The translations under genes and the position numbers were made by a program. Of a DNA stretch of 64,000 bases, positions 11,373 through 24,540 are shown in pieces; the first letter of the stretch is position 1, and each line of letters starts with the position of its first letter. Under the pieces are notes generated by a model. The model made no database searches. It had not been told where the DNA came from and saw only the letters and a list, made by a program, of their open reading frames with translations. The stretch is from Callorhinchus milii (taxonomy: Eukaryota): NCBI RefSeq assembly GCF_018977255.1, contig NW_024704743.1:31994001-32058000 (forward strand), given 5' to 3'.

Positions 11373-11884
11373 AATAAATAATAATAATGATCTCTACATT
11401 TGAAATAGTGTCTTTCACGTTGAGAGGATGTCTCAAATCGGTTTGCAGGATAGTCTGTAAAGTATAGTGATTGTGTATTTTGAGGCCAAATATGGCAGTC
11501 AATTTGTGCACAGCAATGTCCTACAAATAGTCATGAAACATAAAAACATTAACTTGCATTTGTATATGCAACAACTTCTTGCAACAACTTGAATGAATTC
11601 AGTGACCAATTTTATTTGGGGGATTGTTGGCAAGGACACACAGAGGAAATCCCTTCTCTTTTTTGAATAGTGCCATGTGATCTTTGACATCTACCTGAAC
11701 AGATAAATGGAACCTCGGTTTTAACATCTCATCCAAAGAGCAGCATCTCCAACAATGAAGCACACCCCCAGCAATGTACTCGAATGTCAGCCTAAACTAT
11801 ATCAGTTCAAATCCCAGAAGTGGTGCTTGAACCCACAACCTTTTGACTCAGAAACAAGAGTGCAACCAATTATCCCGGCTGACA
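11373..11884 (-). mobile_element. Deu-domain tRNA-SINE, family B
   Basis: Head CTCTTG..TCTGAGTCA.AAGGTTGTGGGTTCAAG, Deu core GGATGAGATGTTAAAACCGAGG..AAAGATCACATGGCACTATTC, shared 3' tail. Confidence 0.8.
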
Positions 11885-13019
11885 TATTTATTTAATCATT
11901 ATTAGTAGGATGTTGCGTTAATTTATTAGAATTCATCAGGACATTGTCTATGATGTTTTGACAGATTGTTGCTTATCCACCTTGTTCAATAAAATATACA
12001 AATGCTCTTACTGCTGTATTATACATACAGATCTTGTGTATAATTCTTTCTAATTCCTTGCATAAAACTAAACTGTAAACATCCTTGAATGTCATATTTC
12101 TGCCCTCATATTCTAATAGTAGCCTGTGCCCACACATTCTGCCATTTACTCAGAATAGATAAAATTCACAGAATATAAGTAATATTTTTCTATTTCAATT
12201 ATTTAATTTGATTACTGTAGGCATCCCAGTATGCCTCATACTAACAAACCCTATCATAACTGCAGACCCCAACCCCTAGCCCAGTTGGGTACTGACAGAC
12301 ACAATGCAATACAAATTTACATCTGTAAAATGCCTTTCACGTCAGAAGGACATCTCAAGTTGCTTAACAATATTGGCTTGGCTCCTAAGCTGGGGATGGG
12401 GGAGCAGAGTCAGGTGGGGAGGGAAAGATGACCAAAAGCATAATCAGAGAGGTAGGTTTTGAGATGGACCTTGAACAAAGTGAGGCAGTGAGTAAGTCAG
12501 AGGTCCAGAGAGTGGCGACTGATCGTCACAACACCTGGTTCCAGAATCTCATGGTTTATTGACCCATTAGGAGAAAATCTTGGTGGCCACAACAGGAACA
12601 GACCACACTCTCTATCGCTGACAGTACTGAGGGGTGCAGACACCTGAGTTCCTGATTGGTATCTTTAAACCCCTTCAACATCCCCGCACACTTACAATGC
12701 CCCCTGCTCAATGCTCAACCATGTTGTCTGCAATCTCCTAACCAGCCAAGTGGGCTAGGCCTCAGGCCACTATGTTCTCTGACCCTCCTGAGCTTGGGCC
12801 TTTTTTATTGAACCCCAAAGCGAGCGAACATTTCAGGGAGTCCAGAATTCTTAAAAGCAGCCCTAATTTTGAAGTGATGTTCCATTTTCTGTAAGTGATT
12901 TTATGAACATTTTTGAGGACATTTTTACATCTGTAAGCAGAGTTACCTATCTTTAGGTTATTAAGAATTAATGTGCATTATTTTTCTCTCCAGTGTTTTA
13001 GAAAGAAAGAAACAAAGCG

Positions 13020-13210
13020 GGAAAAAAGAATTGAGGCACCATTAGGAATTTATAAATCAGTGACTGGGTTTAATTTTGACTGAGAAGCAATCTAATCAAT
13101 TATCAGGGCCCATGATTTATAGATAATGAGAAAATGTGATACATGAGACAGTGAGCTCAGCTCTGAGTAAATGGAACTGTGGAGAAACATCTTTTTTTCT
13201 TGTTCTTCTG
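13020..13210. promoter_or_regulatory. Candidate conserved non-coding element/enhancer
   Basis: Repeat-free; two Pbx-Hox-type TGATTTAT sites (13052-13059 on minus, 13113-13120 on plus) and several TAAT cores. Conservation not tested. Confidence 0.35.
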
Positions 13211-14049
13211 CAGTGAGGTCTTTTGTTCATTGTGGCTGGAAGAAATGCACTTACGGCTTTCTTTCTTATGGGTGCAATTTCATGCTTTAGGCCGGTTACA
13301 TTTCTTTTGATGGTCTATAAATGTTTATGTGTATCTGTCCGCTACAAAACAACAACCAAACTAGGCTTGAATAAGGGAGATGTAAATATTGATAGATATG
13401 ATATTATGAATCCATTTGTGCACACTATTTGAAAAGAAACAACAGTTTTTTCCTACATCATTTCCAACAATCCTCTGGATAAAAATATTGGTCATAACTG
13501 CTTGTGGGATATTGCTGTGTACAAATTGGATGTCGCGTTCTTCTACAAATACACGTAAATCCTGTGGAATACTTTGAGGCGTTTTGATAATTTGATAAAG
13601 TGTTACATCAAATTGCAAAGATTATTCATTAAGGTACTTGAGCCCTTGGACATCAGTCTAGATTTGCAAGCATGAGTTAGGCAATTGATCTAACATGTAG
13701 GCTGGGCTAATAGATGGGCTAATGCCACAGTTTTGTTTGACATCACAATTTATTTTTTAAAAGATCTTAAATATGAAAATAATTCCAGGAAAACTGCTCA
13801 GAAGAGTTTGTACTGCAGTAACTGCATTCAGTGCAGTGCAGACTTTCTCAGCTGGCATTATGGTGGAGCTAGCTGATCCTAGCTACAACAACAGCAATTT
13901 GTTATCCACACACTGAAGATTCCTGTGAGTGAACAAGTGCCTTTAAGGCCAGTGGACTTGACCTTGAGGGGGCACTCCTTGCCAGCGATCCTGATAATGT
14001 TAGGGAGATTCGAATAGACTGTGAGGCCTCTGTACGACTAGGACGCACA

Positions 14050-14380
14050 CAACAACTGCTTTTACATAGTGCCCTTCATGTGGAGCAATGTCTTCGATCA
14101 CTTAACAGTGGCAGAACCTGACACCGAGCTGGGGGGAGGGAGGAGCTGACCGGAGCCACGGTTGAAGAGAAAGGTCTTCAGTCGTGATCTGAAAGAGGGA
14201 AAGGAGGGGACAAGATGGAGGGATTGTGGGAGAGAGTTCCAAGGCTTTCGGGCGAAGTAGCTGAAAGTGCGGATGCCGATGATGGAACGGAGAGCACGAG
14301 GGACATGCAAGAGACCAGAGCCAGCCGAGCGGAGGCAGTGGGCAGTGGAGAGGGGAAAAAGGAGGTCAGAAATTTGTCGA
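14050..14380 (-). mobile_element. L2 LINE 3' fragment (older subfamily)
   Basis: ORF 14098-14448 contains LRSAGSGLLHVPR..GIRTFSYFA..WNSLPQSL..SFRSRLKTFLF. Confidence 0.8.
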
Positions 14381-14990
14381 TGAGTGAAAGGACAACAGCT
14401 GAGGTATCTGCTCAGAACACAATAGATTTTACAGATGCATTTCAACATCCTATATTAATAATAATAATAGTCCTTGCAGTTGATATAGCGCCTTATCACG
14501 TCATTGCAACAACCCAAAATTAATGTAAAAAATCTCCATAGGGAATTTTAATGACTAATAGTTCACACACCATTTCCCCTGAGCCTAGAAATCTCCCCAT
14601 TACAAAGATGGGATGAAAAGGTCTCTGTGTTTGAAATCTGATTTTTGTAAGTTGTCATATGACAACAATGGCTCAGAATGGTTGAGATGTAAATGTAGAT
14701 ATATAGTATTGTGGGTTTGCTTGTGGAGAGATCCCATGGCACCATTCAAAACAAGAAGGGAATTTCTCTCAATGTGTCCTGCCTTGCTAAACCAGGGTTG
14801 TTAGAGTGTATGTAAGGTCATAAGAAGTCCTTGGGTTTGTCCCTTGGGACCAAGTAGACCTTTTCTGGGCTTTCTGTGCTTCGATAGAATATTTTATGAG
14901 AGGCTTCTCCTCATTACCATTGACTGGAATTAACCCAGTTATTATTCCAGGCAGCATAAAAATCTAAAATCATTATGGTGCAAACTACAA

Positions 14991-15165
14991 ACAACAACAA
15001 CAACAAGATTCCATTTATAGAGCGCCTTTCACATCGGGAGGATGTCCCAAGGCGCTGGACAGTTGGGTCAGGACCCGAGCAGGGGGGAAATGGTCAGGGG
15101 GAGGGAAGGGAGGGAGCGAGGAGGGGGTAGAGAGTCGAGAGGGGAGCTGAAGGCACGGTCAAAGC
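14991..15165 (-). mobile_element. L2 LINE 3' tail fragment
   Basis: (CAA)n GATTCCATTTATAGAGCGCCTTTCACATCGGGAGG. Confidence 0.8.
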
Positions 15166-16157
15166 CGTAGAACGCAGGCACTTGAAGTGTCCCTTAAACG
15201 AGCATGTCATGCCTATGTCCTAGACAAAAATAAAGATTGTGCTATGTCAGAACTGATATTCACATGGCAAATAATTAACCTGTTTTCTTTCCTCTTTTTT
15301 GTGCTTGAACTTTACAGTTAGAGCAGTCCAATCATATTTTTAATGAGAAAACAAGAGCCAAGGGGTAGGAAAACTGAGGCTAAGAGGGAAGTAAGCTATT
15401 GTGGCAAAAAAGATAAGATAAGAGAGAAACCAAGAAGGTGTTTGGTGTTTCCAAAGCTTGGAGATGGTGGTGGGAGGGGAAGAATGAGGGAGGTGATGCC
15501 TTCACCAGAGGAATTGCTAGTGTTTGTGAAGGAGAACAAAAAGAATTGTACCTAATTTCTTCCATCTGATTTGAAAATGAGATAGCTATACTTTGTTATC
15601 ATTGCTCTGTAGGTTTGCTGACAAATAACAAAATGTTTGTCTGGTGATCTTTCAGGAACCCAATGCCCCGTTAAATCAGCAAAGGTAAGCCACCCACCTC
15701 ATAATTTCCTGCTGTCGACAGCTTTGCCCTCCATCCCACTCAACTCACTCTTTGATTAAAAAAAAACACTCAAAACAAGCCAGTCGTGATCAGTATCAGG
15801 GAAAGGGTTGTATCGCAGAATCTGGCTCTCAGAGAGTCATCATGTAATTATACTGGGTTGTGACTTGATGAGGATTATTCTGGTCCATGTACTGCGCTCC
15901 ATGTAGCTATTGTGTTGCTTTGGGCTAAGCCAAACCCTATTCTGCTCCATTTGGTAAGTTTCGCAAATTTGTCCCTGGGCGCTTATAAATTACAGCGAGG
16001 CAATTTTAAACATATCATTTATAATGCAATGTTGATTATAATTTTATATTGTGTTACATTTATTTTAAGTGCAAAGGGACAAAGTCGGGAGCCTATCAAA
16101 TGGAACAAAATATCACATGTTCCACAGCAACACATTTTCTATATGGAGATCGCAGAG

Positions 16158-16690
16158 CAACAACAAAATTACATTTATAGAGCGTCTTTCACGTCGGGAG
16201 GACGTCCCAAAGCGCTGAACAGTCAGGTATCGGAGCCCAAGCATGGGGGAGGGGTGGTGTAGGGGTGAGGGAAGGCAGAGAGTTGGGAAGGAGACCAAAG
16301 GCACATTCGAAGAGAAGGGTCTTGAGACCGGCCTTGAAGGAGGCAAGGGAGGAAGCGAGGGGAAGGGACCGTGGGATGGAGTTCCAGAGTGTGGGGGCAG
16401 AGAGGCTGAAAGCCCGGCCACCGATGGTAGGGCAGGTCGGGTGGGAGACATGCAGCAGGCCAGAGACCGCTGAACCGAGGGAGCGGGCAGGTTGGTAGGG
16501 AGTCAGCAGGTCAGAGAGGTAGGAGGGGGCAAGGCCATGGATGGCCTTGAAAGTGAGGCCAAGGATCTTGAACTCGATCCTCTGGGGGATGGGGAGCCAG
16601 TGGAGTCGGGCGAGGGTGGGAGTGATGGGGTCGCAGAGCCTGGTACGCGAGAATACATAAGCTGCAGTGTTTTGGAGCAGAATAATCCGC
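16158..16690 (-). mobile_element. L2 LINE 3' fragment (younger subfamily)
   Basis: ORF 16189-16692: LQNTAA..PITPTLARLHWLPIPQRIEFKILGLTFKAIHGLAPSYLSDLL..WNSIP; (TTG)n tail. Confidence 0.92.
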
Positions 16691-17387
16691 ACTTATTCTT
16701 TCCAGAGTCAAAATAATTCAATCCATGAAGTCTGATTGACTTCAAATAGCTTCAAATAGACGCTTGTGATAATGCATTCCATTTCTGATTAAAACTTTAA
16801 AAACATTTCTACCCTACTCTTTTATACTTCTTATAATAATTTTGAGCTTGGTGCTGATTCACCAACAAGAGGAAACAATCTGTCCCTTTTTTCCCTTGCA
16901 AACCTGTCATAATTTTCATAATATATATATTCCTTTCATTTGATATAGCGCTTACCACGTTGTCGAGTCGTCTCAAAGAGTTTCAAAGAATATACTGTTA
17001 AGTGAATTGACTGTATACTTTGTGGGTGAAACTTGGCAGCCAATTGTGCACAAGCAGTGTCCCACATACAGTCATGGATTGAATGACAATTTTTTTTTAG
17101 ATAAGATTTATAGGACTTATGGATCCCCTTTTAACCTTCTCTGCTCTGGTGAGCACAGTCCCAGCCTCTTAGGACTTTCATGATAACTATATCTTCTCAT
17201 CCAAGCAAATCTAAGCTTTGCCCTCTCCATGGTTGTGCACAAAGCAATCTAATCAATATCTTGTACTAATTCACCATGACCTACTAGCTAGCTGTATGCC
17301 TTCTGTGCAGATAAAACCCACTTTGCACTGGAAACACCCATAGCGCATAGTTAACTGAACTGTGTGCAGCTGAAAATTGGCTATTGC

Positions 17388-17725
17388 TAATAATAATCCT
17401 TATATTTGATATACTGTCTTCACATCAGCAGGACAGTTCAAAGTGTTTCACAGAATTTACTGGAAAATGTAGTGACTATATCTTATTGGCAAAAGTGACA
17501 GCCAGTTTGCACGCAACATTTCCCCACAAACATGAAGTGAATGAGCAATTTAACCTGGGGGGAAGTTGTTGCCTAGGACAATCGGAAAAAAATCACTTTT
17601 CTTTTCCAGTAGTGCAATGGGATCTTTAACATTTACTTGAACAGGCAGAGGGCCATGGTTCAGCGTCTCATATGAAGAACTAGAACCCCAACAGTGCAGG
17701 ACTCCCCCAGCAGCCTCAGCAACAA
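17388..17725 (-). mobile_element. Deu-domain SINE, partial
   Basis: Deu core (GGGATCTTTAACAT..GAACAGGCAGA) plus SINE tail. Confidence 0.7.
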
Positions 17726-19594
17726 ACCTAGACAAAAGCTATGACTTATTTAAAGCATTAACAATTGTTATACGAGTAATGAATCAGATTCAGGCACCAA
17801 CATAAACCAGCAAGTCCAGTCTAAAGCTATTCATATAAACTCATCTCCATATCAGCACAATTTTGATTATTATTTGCCCGGTGGTTATTCGGTTTTTCAG
17901 CAAATGCTCCCTTTAGAAACAAACCTCTCAACACCAAAGTGTTTATTAACTGACATTCAGTTTACTGACTGCTTCTGAGGGTCTATGCACCATTACTGCA
18001 CAATGCTGGACTTTGATGAAAAAGGGATATTTTATCCATAGGGTCGTATATTTTTAATGCTATTAGGAACCTAATTAAAATCCATTTCAGTTTGACATTT
18101 AGCCCTAAACTTGCCATTTTTTTATTTTCCATCATTAATAACTAATTATACAGCTTAACAGTAGCCTGAGCAGTCTTTGAAAGGGTGATGTGTTTGACAG
18201 TAATATATTTGATGAGCTTGTCACGTTGCCTCCCCAAACCAGGCTCATTACAAGTGAGGCTAAGTCAAAGTGTCTCCCTTTTGTTCCCTCCCTCTTTCTG
18301 ACGAATTGGCTTGTTTCTCTCCCGTTCCCTGAGTTTACACCGAAAGTCAACCTGGATCGTGCCCGTGATGGCGAGAGCCAAATTAATCAGCAGAATTAAT
18401 GATTCTATCGCTTGCTAGACTCGGGGTCCTCCAGCAGGGTTCCCCAAAGGAGGCTGGGTGCTGCTTTCTATGAAAACTCTGGCAAGCACCAACTAAAATG
18501 AAATGAGTGCAGATTAATACATTAACCTCAGCAGCTTTGAACCAGCATTTTCTGAAAGGTCCGGCTGCTCGTTGATAAGAGCCTGATGGATATTTTTTGA
18601 CTGGCAGAAAACACAACTGCATTACATAGAGTACATCAAACGGCTGTGCTTCTCAAGAGTTTTTTTTCCCCCTCTGCCTGCTACAATAATGATATATAGA
18701 GACAAGTGCTCTGAAGTGGGTGGAATTATTCATTATGCTGTCGCCTGCTGATTTGTGTATCCAACAATTTTTGAATAAATATGGAAACTAAAATTAGCCT
18801 TTTGGCATAATGTAATTAATTGGATGTCTTTGCATATCTAATTTTTGAATCATGCTTCAGCTCCTTCCATTTTCCAGCATTGACGCAATGCGCTTCACTG
18901 GCAGAGTGTCTGCATTCTTCCTCTTATTAGGCTGTCGGGAAATATGGTGGGTTTTCTCTCTGAATCTTACATTCGCACTAAGCACAATCCGGTCAGGTAA
19001 AATGGACGTCGATGTTATTGACATTTGTTGCAATACAGTAGGACCTTACACTGCAGCTGGGTACTCCAGCCCCACACAAACTTGACCTGCTTTTGATGTT
19101 GACTGTGAATCCTTGTGGCATTTAAATAAGATTCCTTTGTCATTTTTTGAATCCCTGCTTTAGACGTCATGTTATCCTCTGTAACGGTTAGAATGACTTG
19201 GAATGAATTAATGGTTTTATTTCCTCTATGCAATACAAATTTATATTTATATTTATATAGCGCCTTTTATGTCGACAGGATGTCCCAAGGTGCTCAGTGT
19301 TCCAAGACTCTACCCTGGGCGCAATGTAAGTTGTTATTTTTGTTGTTTTGTTTTGTTATAGTTTTGGCTTTGCTTCTTCCTCCACTCTCCTCCCCTGCAG
19401 TAAACTTAAAGCTGTTCCACCACGTGACAAAATATTATGGCTTTATAATTGTAAATTAAATTGCTGTTACCAACTGCGATTCAAACACAGGACCAATTAG
19501 ATTTTTGCAGCAGAGATATGGAACTGTGCGTTTTGTTTAGTGATTGCTCTGACCTCCACTTACCATGCTCTTCCAACAAGTATTGGACCAAGAG

Positions 19595-20222
19595 CTTCTG
19601 GGAGACTGTCTCTCTTGGCAATGTCATCTGCAGACATGGGCTAAACTTCCACATGCATGTGATTGACACACACATCTACTTCTCCTCCGCCAGCTTCGAT
19701 TCCAGGTCTGCCGATGTTCTCTCGGCTTCTCTGGCAGACATCAGTGCCTGGATGAACGAAAACTTCCCACAACTCAATGTTGACAAGTTGGAAGCCATAC
19801 TCATTGACTCCCGTCAACGTCTTCTATTCTGCGGCTCTGACCTCCTCAACCTCCCCGGCCTATCCCTCAGACTTACTGAAGCAGTGCGCAACCTAGACGT
19901 CAGGTTTGACCTATAGCTGTCCTTCCTTCCCCACATTTGGTCCCTGACTAGGAACACCTTCCTCCACCTCCACCACATTGCTTGCTTCCGACTGTATCTT
20001 ACACCAGACACAGCCAAAACACTCATCCATGCGTTCAACACCTCCCGATTCGATTTCTCAAATACCTTCTCCCCAGCTCCACCATGCACAGTATCCAGTT
20101 GATCCAGAATATACTCTGCTGCCCACAAACTTAACCGTACTAAACTCTGCATCCCTATCACACCAGTTCTAGCCAGATTCTACTGGCTCCCTATCGCTGA
20201 ACGGATCGATTTCAAGATCCTC
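19595..20222 (+). mobile_element. L2 LINE RT fragment, degenerate
   Basis: LGNVICRHGLNFHMHVIDTHIY (decayed YADD region)..ADISAWMNENFPQLNVDKLEAILI..VRNLDVRFD. Confidence 0.85.
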
Positions 20223-20237
20223 ACACATGCGGTGTTT

Positions 20238-20554
20238 AATAATAATAATAATAATCCTTGCATTTGATATAGAGCTCTTAATGTCTTCAAGACGTCTCAA
20301 AGCACTTCACAGAATATGCTGTAAGGTGAATTGACTGTATATTTGTGGGCGAAACGCTGCAGCCAATTGCGCACAGCAGTGTCCCACAAATAGTTGTGGA
20401 TTGAAAATGACCAATTTATTATTGTTTTTATTTGAGGGATTATTACTAGGCATGTGGAGTAAGGAAACTTGCCCAAGGTTTCGCCCTGCCTGGAATTGAA
20501 CCTAGGTGTCTTGCTTGCAAGGCAAGTGCTCTAACCACTGAGCTACAGGACTCC
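20238..20554 (-). mobile_element. SINE family A, internally deleted
   Basis: Same head and tail as 10049-10431; lacks part of the middle segment. Confidence 0.85.
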
Positions 20555-20775
20555 AAGTTATGCCTAAACAGGCGTATTTCACTGCCGATCTACATTTTTT
20601 TCACGTTTTTGATAAAAACTAAACATGAAAAAATAACACACATTAGATTGTTTAAAAAAAAACAATTGATGCTTTCTTTAACGGATCTGGGTGGCCCACT
20701 GGGGTGGCGGGGAGTGTTAGGCCTGACTGAGGGGCATCAGGAGGTCACCACCTCCTGCCTCTTGGGGACCACCAC

Positions 20776-20950
20776 TGCACACAGACACAGAGAGACACAC
20801 ACGCACACAGACACACTCACAGAAAGAGAGACACATTTACACACAGACGCACCCTCCGAGATAGAGAGAGAGACACACACTCACAAACACACCCATACAT
20901 ACAGACAGAGGAGAGAGAGACACTCACAAACACACACACATACAGAGGAG
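20776..20950. repeat. Compound (CA)n/(GA)n microsatellite
   Basis: Alternating ACACAC and AGAGAG tracts. Confidence 0.9.
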
Positions 20951-21364
20951 AGTCAGGCTCCGCCACTGTTAAGCGCTCTGAGACGCTACCCTGCGTGGAG
21001 GGAGCTATATAAGTGCAGGTTGTTGTTGTTGAGAGAGAGATTCAGAGACAATCTCAACAGTGTGGCCTCGGGGTGAATGAAGCCCATTTTCCACTCGGCC
21101 CGCAACACGGATGCCACAGTAGAGGCATCAAGTAAACAGCCAGCAGCAGGCCGAGAGGCTCTGGTTTTGCAGGTGTATAGCGGGGGGTGGGGGGAGTTGT
21201 TGGGGTGGGGTTGTAGTGGAGGGGACTGTTTGTGGCGGATTCCACAAAAACATTGCGGCCACACTTTTCTATTGGCCCAGGTTATGGGTGAGATTCAGTC
21301 ATGGCAACCAATACTAGCGAATCTCAACAGGAGAGCCTTTCTGTCAGTTGCTAGCTCAGCGAGT

Positions 21365-21418
21365 AACTGATAAGGGCAGATATGACACTTGATCTTAGCC
21401 AAAAGACCGAGAAGCGAT
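21365..21418 (-). pseudogene. 3'-truncated U2 snRNA copy (nt 1-54)
   Basis: Reverse complement ATCGCTTCTCGGTCTTTTGGCTAAGATCAAGTGTCATATCTGCCCTTATCAGTT versus vertebrate U2 ATCGCTTCTCGGCCTTTTGGCTAAGATCAAGTGTAGTATCTGTTCTTATCAGTT: 49/54 identical, starting exactly at U2 +1; no Sm site or 3' half. Confidence 0.9.
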
Positions 21419-22261
21419 CAAATTTAATGAGGCATTTAACAATTTGCTAAATTCTGGCCACTGAGAACGCTAAGTCGAGAATGTTAAATTACTACCCACA
21501 TTGGAAGGCTCTCCTCTCACATCTGGGTTTCAATGGACTGCAGACATGGGACGGAAACTCCAATGTAAGTGTAAGGGTGCATGCGAGTCTACATCAAAAA
21601 ATGGTTATTTAACGTTTAGTTTGACATAACAGGATCAAACTCATCATTTAAATTCAAGTGGATTTGAAAACTCACCCACACAATAAAATCAGAGCACCGT
21701 ATGTCCTAAGCTGCAATCAGATAGTGCCAAAAGCTATAAACTAACATTTGGGTTAATTATGCAAACCATGTGTGCATAATTAACCATATTAAAGTGTGCA
21801 AACCACAAATTATAATGTGTTATAACCATGTGACAATCATTTGGCACAAAATTAATCATCTCATTATAAAATCCACACACATACCTTGTCGTTTAAGAAA
21901 TAGAAATATTCTGTTGGTGTGGAAAGGTATTGTTTAGATGTTGGGCTTGGTTCCATTGCTGGAGCAGGCTATGGGCTGCTCTACCTACATCTATGTCATG
22001 AATGATCCTTCACAATCCGAGAGTGATTGATCCTAGCAAAGGGTGAAAGAAGTGGAAATATGGGTCAATCCCAATACCAAGATGACAGCAAACCTTCACC
22101 ATAAAAAAAATGTGCATTTGTATAGTACTGTTCAGGCAGAATAGGATCCTGGATCGCAGCAAAGCATTTCTCGGCTTATTTTGCCTGTGGGTGTTAAACT
22201 ACTTGGGCAATAACCGGGCACAAATGCAATGAAGTAGTGAGCGACCATTACAATATCATTT

Positions 22262-22660
22262 CTGCCTTGCTTCTCCCTACCTCTATGACCTCCTAGCCCC
22301 CTACCAACCTGTCCGCTCCCTCCGCTCAGCAGGCTCCAGCCTGCTTCACATCTCCCGCTTTGCCCGCCCCACCATTGGACAGCGGGCCTTCAGCTTCTCT
22401 GCTCCCATACTCTGGAACTCTGTCCCACAGACGGTCAATCTCATCCCCTCCCTTGCCTCCTTCTAGACCCGTCTCAAGACCCTCCTCTTCGACTGTACCT
22501 TCAATCACTCTAGCACCCTTACCCTCCCTGCCCTCCAACCCTCCTGATCGCAACTACCAGCTCGGTTGCAGATCTCTGATTATCCAGCGCTTTGGGACGT
22601 CCTCCTGACGTGAAAGGAGCAAAACAAATGTAATTTGTTGTTGGTGGTGGTGGTGTTGTG
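22262..22660 (+). mobile_element. L2 LINE 3' fragment
   Basis: Collinear with 260-638; tail GACGTCCTCCTGACGTGAAAGG..TTGTTG. Confidence 0.85.
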
Positions 22661-23034
22661 CTAAATTATATCTGAAGACTAAACGCACACCTGAGTAATT
22701 AGCTTAAGGAGTTATCCAATCTCACAACATTGCACTGAATGCGTATTCATCTATCTAGGCACAGATCTGCAAAATAGCAAAGATTTGAGACCATTGTGAA
22801 TCCACTTCAATGGAATAGAATGGGCTGAGATTGCTGAATGGTCAAGTTGTGATCTCTCCTAATAGAATAAGCTGACAGAAGGTCAGAGAGAGATTCAATG
22901 ATGGTGTAGAGAAGAATGTGTTCAACTCTCTCGCAACATTCTTTAACACTGCATCTTTGGAGGTAGGTAATGGCTACGAGAGTGATACAGCAGCAGTGAT
23001 TCTAATAAGTCATTGTTTTAATACAAGTTATGGG

Positions 23035-23098
23035 ATATATATAATAGAGACAAGTATAAGTATATAAGTATATATACAAGTATATATATAATAGAGAC
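23035..23098. repeat. AT-rich low-complexity tandem repeat
   Basis: TATATATAATAGAGAC twice, flanking AAGTAT(A)n units. Confidence 0.8.
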
Positions 23099-23147
23099 GC
23101 AGTACAATCAATAGCATACCAATAGCACCTAACAATGCACAATATTT

Positions 23148-23452
23148 TCTCTGACCTGCTTACTCCCACTCTACTACCTGCCTCTCCACTTGGCCCTTGT
23201 CCCCTCTGCTCCACCATCAGCGGTCGTGCTTTCAGCCACTACTCATCCCACGCCCCAAACTTTGGAACTCTCTCCCTCCATCCTTCCGCCTTGCCCCTCC
23301 TTCCCCATTCTCAAATCACGCCTGAAGACGTTCCTCTTCCCTCATGCTTGCGGTCACCTACCCCCATCTTAGCATCGGGCTCAACTACCGTTAAGTGCTC
23401 AGACACACTCATCTGTGTGAAGGGCACCACATTCATGTAAGTTGTTGTTGTT
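23148..23452 (+). mobile_element. L2 LINE 3' fragment (older subfamily)
   Basis: CACCATCAGCGGTCGTGCTTTCAGC..TGGAACTCTCTCC..GTAAG(TTG)n. Confidence 0.75.
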
Positions 23453-24319
23453 TCATCTACATCCTGTTCTGTTTTGCTTTTAAATCCCCTCAATCCCCTG
23501 GTGACTCATTTGGTAAAGCCAGCGCCAAATGTAAAACTGAGCTACACGGTTGATTTACTCCAGGGACTTACTTTCTTGAAAGGTCTCCTCATACAGTTTA
23601 ACACTAGTTATTTTGATATAAAAATCAATCCGTTCAGTCGGATGACGTTGGAGAATGACACACAGAGTAAGATCTGGATAGAGTGTTGTCCAAAGACTGG
23701 AATTAAAATAAGTTAACATGTAGGTTAGTTATGCATATCTGCACACCACGTGTTAAAGCCACACAGTGGAAGTTAAAGGTGCCTCTAATTATGTTCACTA
23801 TTATACAAAAGAAATAATTACTCAATCCACAATTGTTTGTGAGACACTAATGAACACAATTGGTGCTGTATTTCACCCACAAAATATACAGCCAATTCAC
23901 TTTACTATATATTCTGTGAAGCGCTTTGAAACGTTTCAAAGATGTGATAAGGCGCTATATCAAATGCAAGGATTATTATTATTATTATTATATGTTTGCC
24001 TCGAAAGTACACAGTTACTACACTTTACACTATACACTGCATTTTACACATTACAGTAAATCCGGTGAAGGCTTTAAGACATCCCCCAATGTGAAAGGCA
24101 GGCACTGTATCAAATGCAAGGATTATTATTATGATGATTATGATGTAATTAGCAATGATTAGTTGTTAATTACATAATTAACAGAACTTGTAATTTCCTT
24201 ACTGCATACATTGCACAATGTTTATACTTAGAACATTTTTGTACAATTGTCTTTACACATGGCATATTGTGAGCCCTACTAAAAGGCTTTTGGGGTGCAA
24301 AGCATACGCCTGGCTCAAT

Positions 24320-24540
24320 AGAACCATGGAATCATAGACATTTACAGCACAGAAGAAGGTCCTTTGGTCTATTATGCCTTTGCCGGCTCTTTTTAAAGAG
24401 CAATTGTTTCAGTCCCCTTTATCTATTAGGCATCTATGGCCTTTTCTCACATACCCCTGTAGATTTTAGATATTTATCTAGTTCCCTTTTGAAAGCTCAT
24501 ATGGATCCTGCCTCGATGACCATTCCCAGCAGGGAATCCT
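24320..24540 (-). mobile_element. CR1-type LINE 3' end
   Basis: ATAGAACCATGGAATCATAGA..TACAGCACAGAAGAAGG..: reverse complement of an (ATTCTATG)-type CR1 tail. Confidence 0.7.

Noticed and set aside
20609..21076. 155-aa ORF rich in T/H/E/R
   Set aside because: Translation of a (CA)/(GA) microsatellite plus an L2 tail.
21182..21224. G-quadruplex-like G runs (also ~44860-44895)
   Set aside because: Low-complexity G tracts are common and nothing supports a function here.
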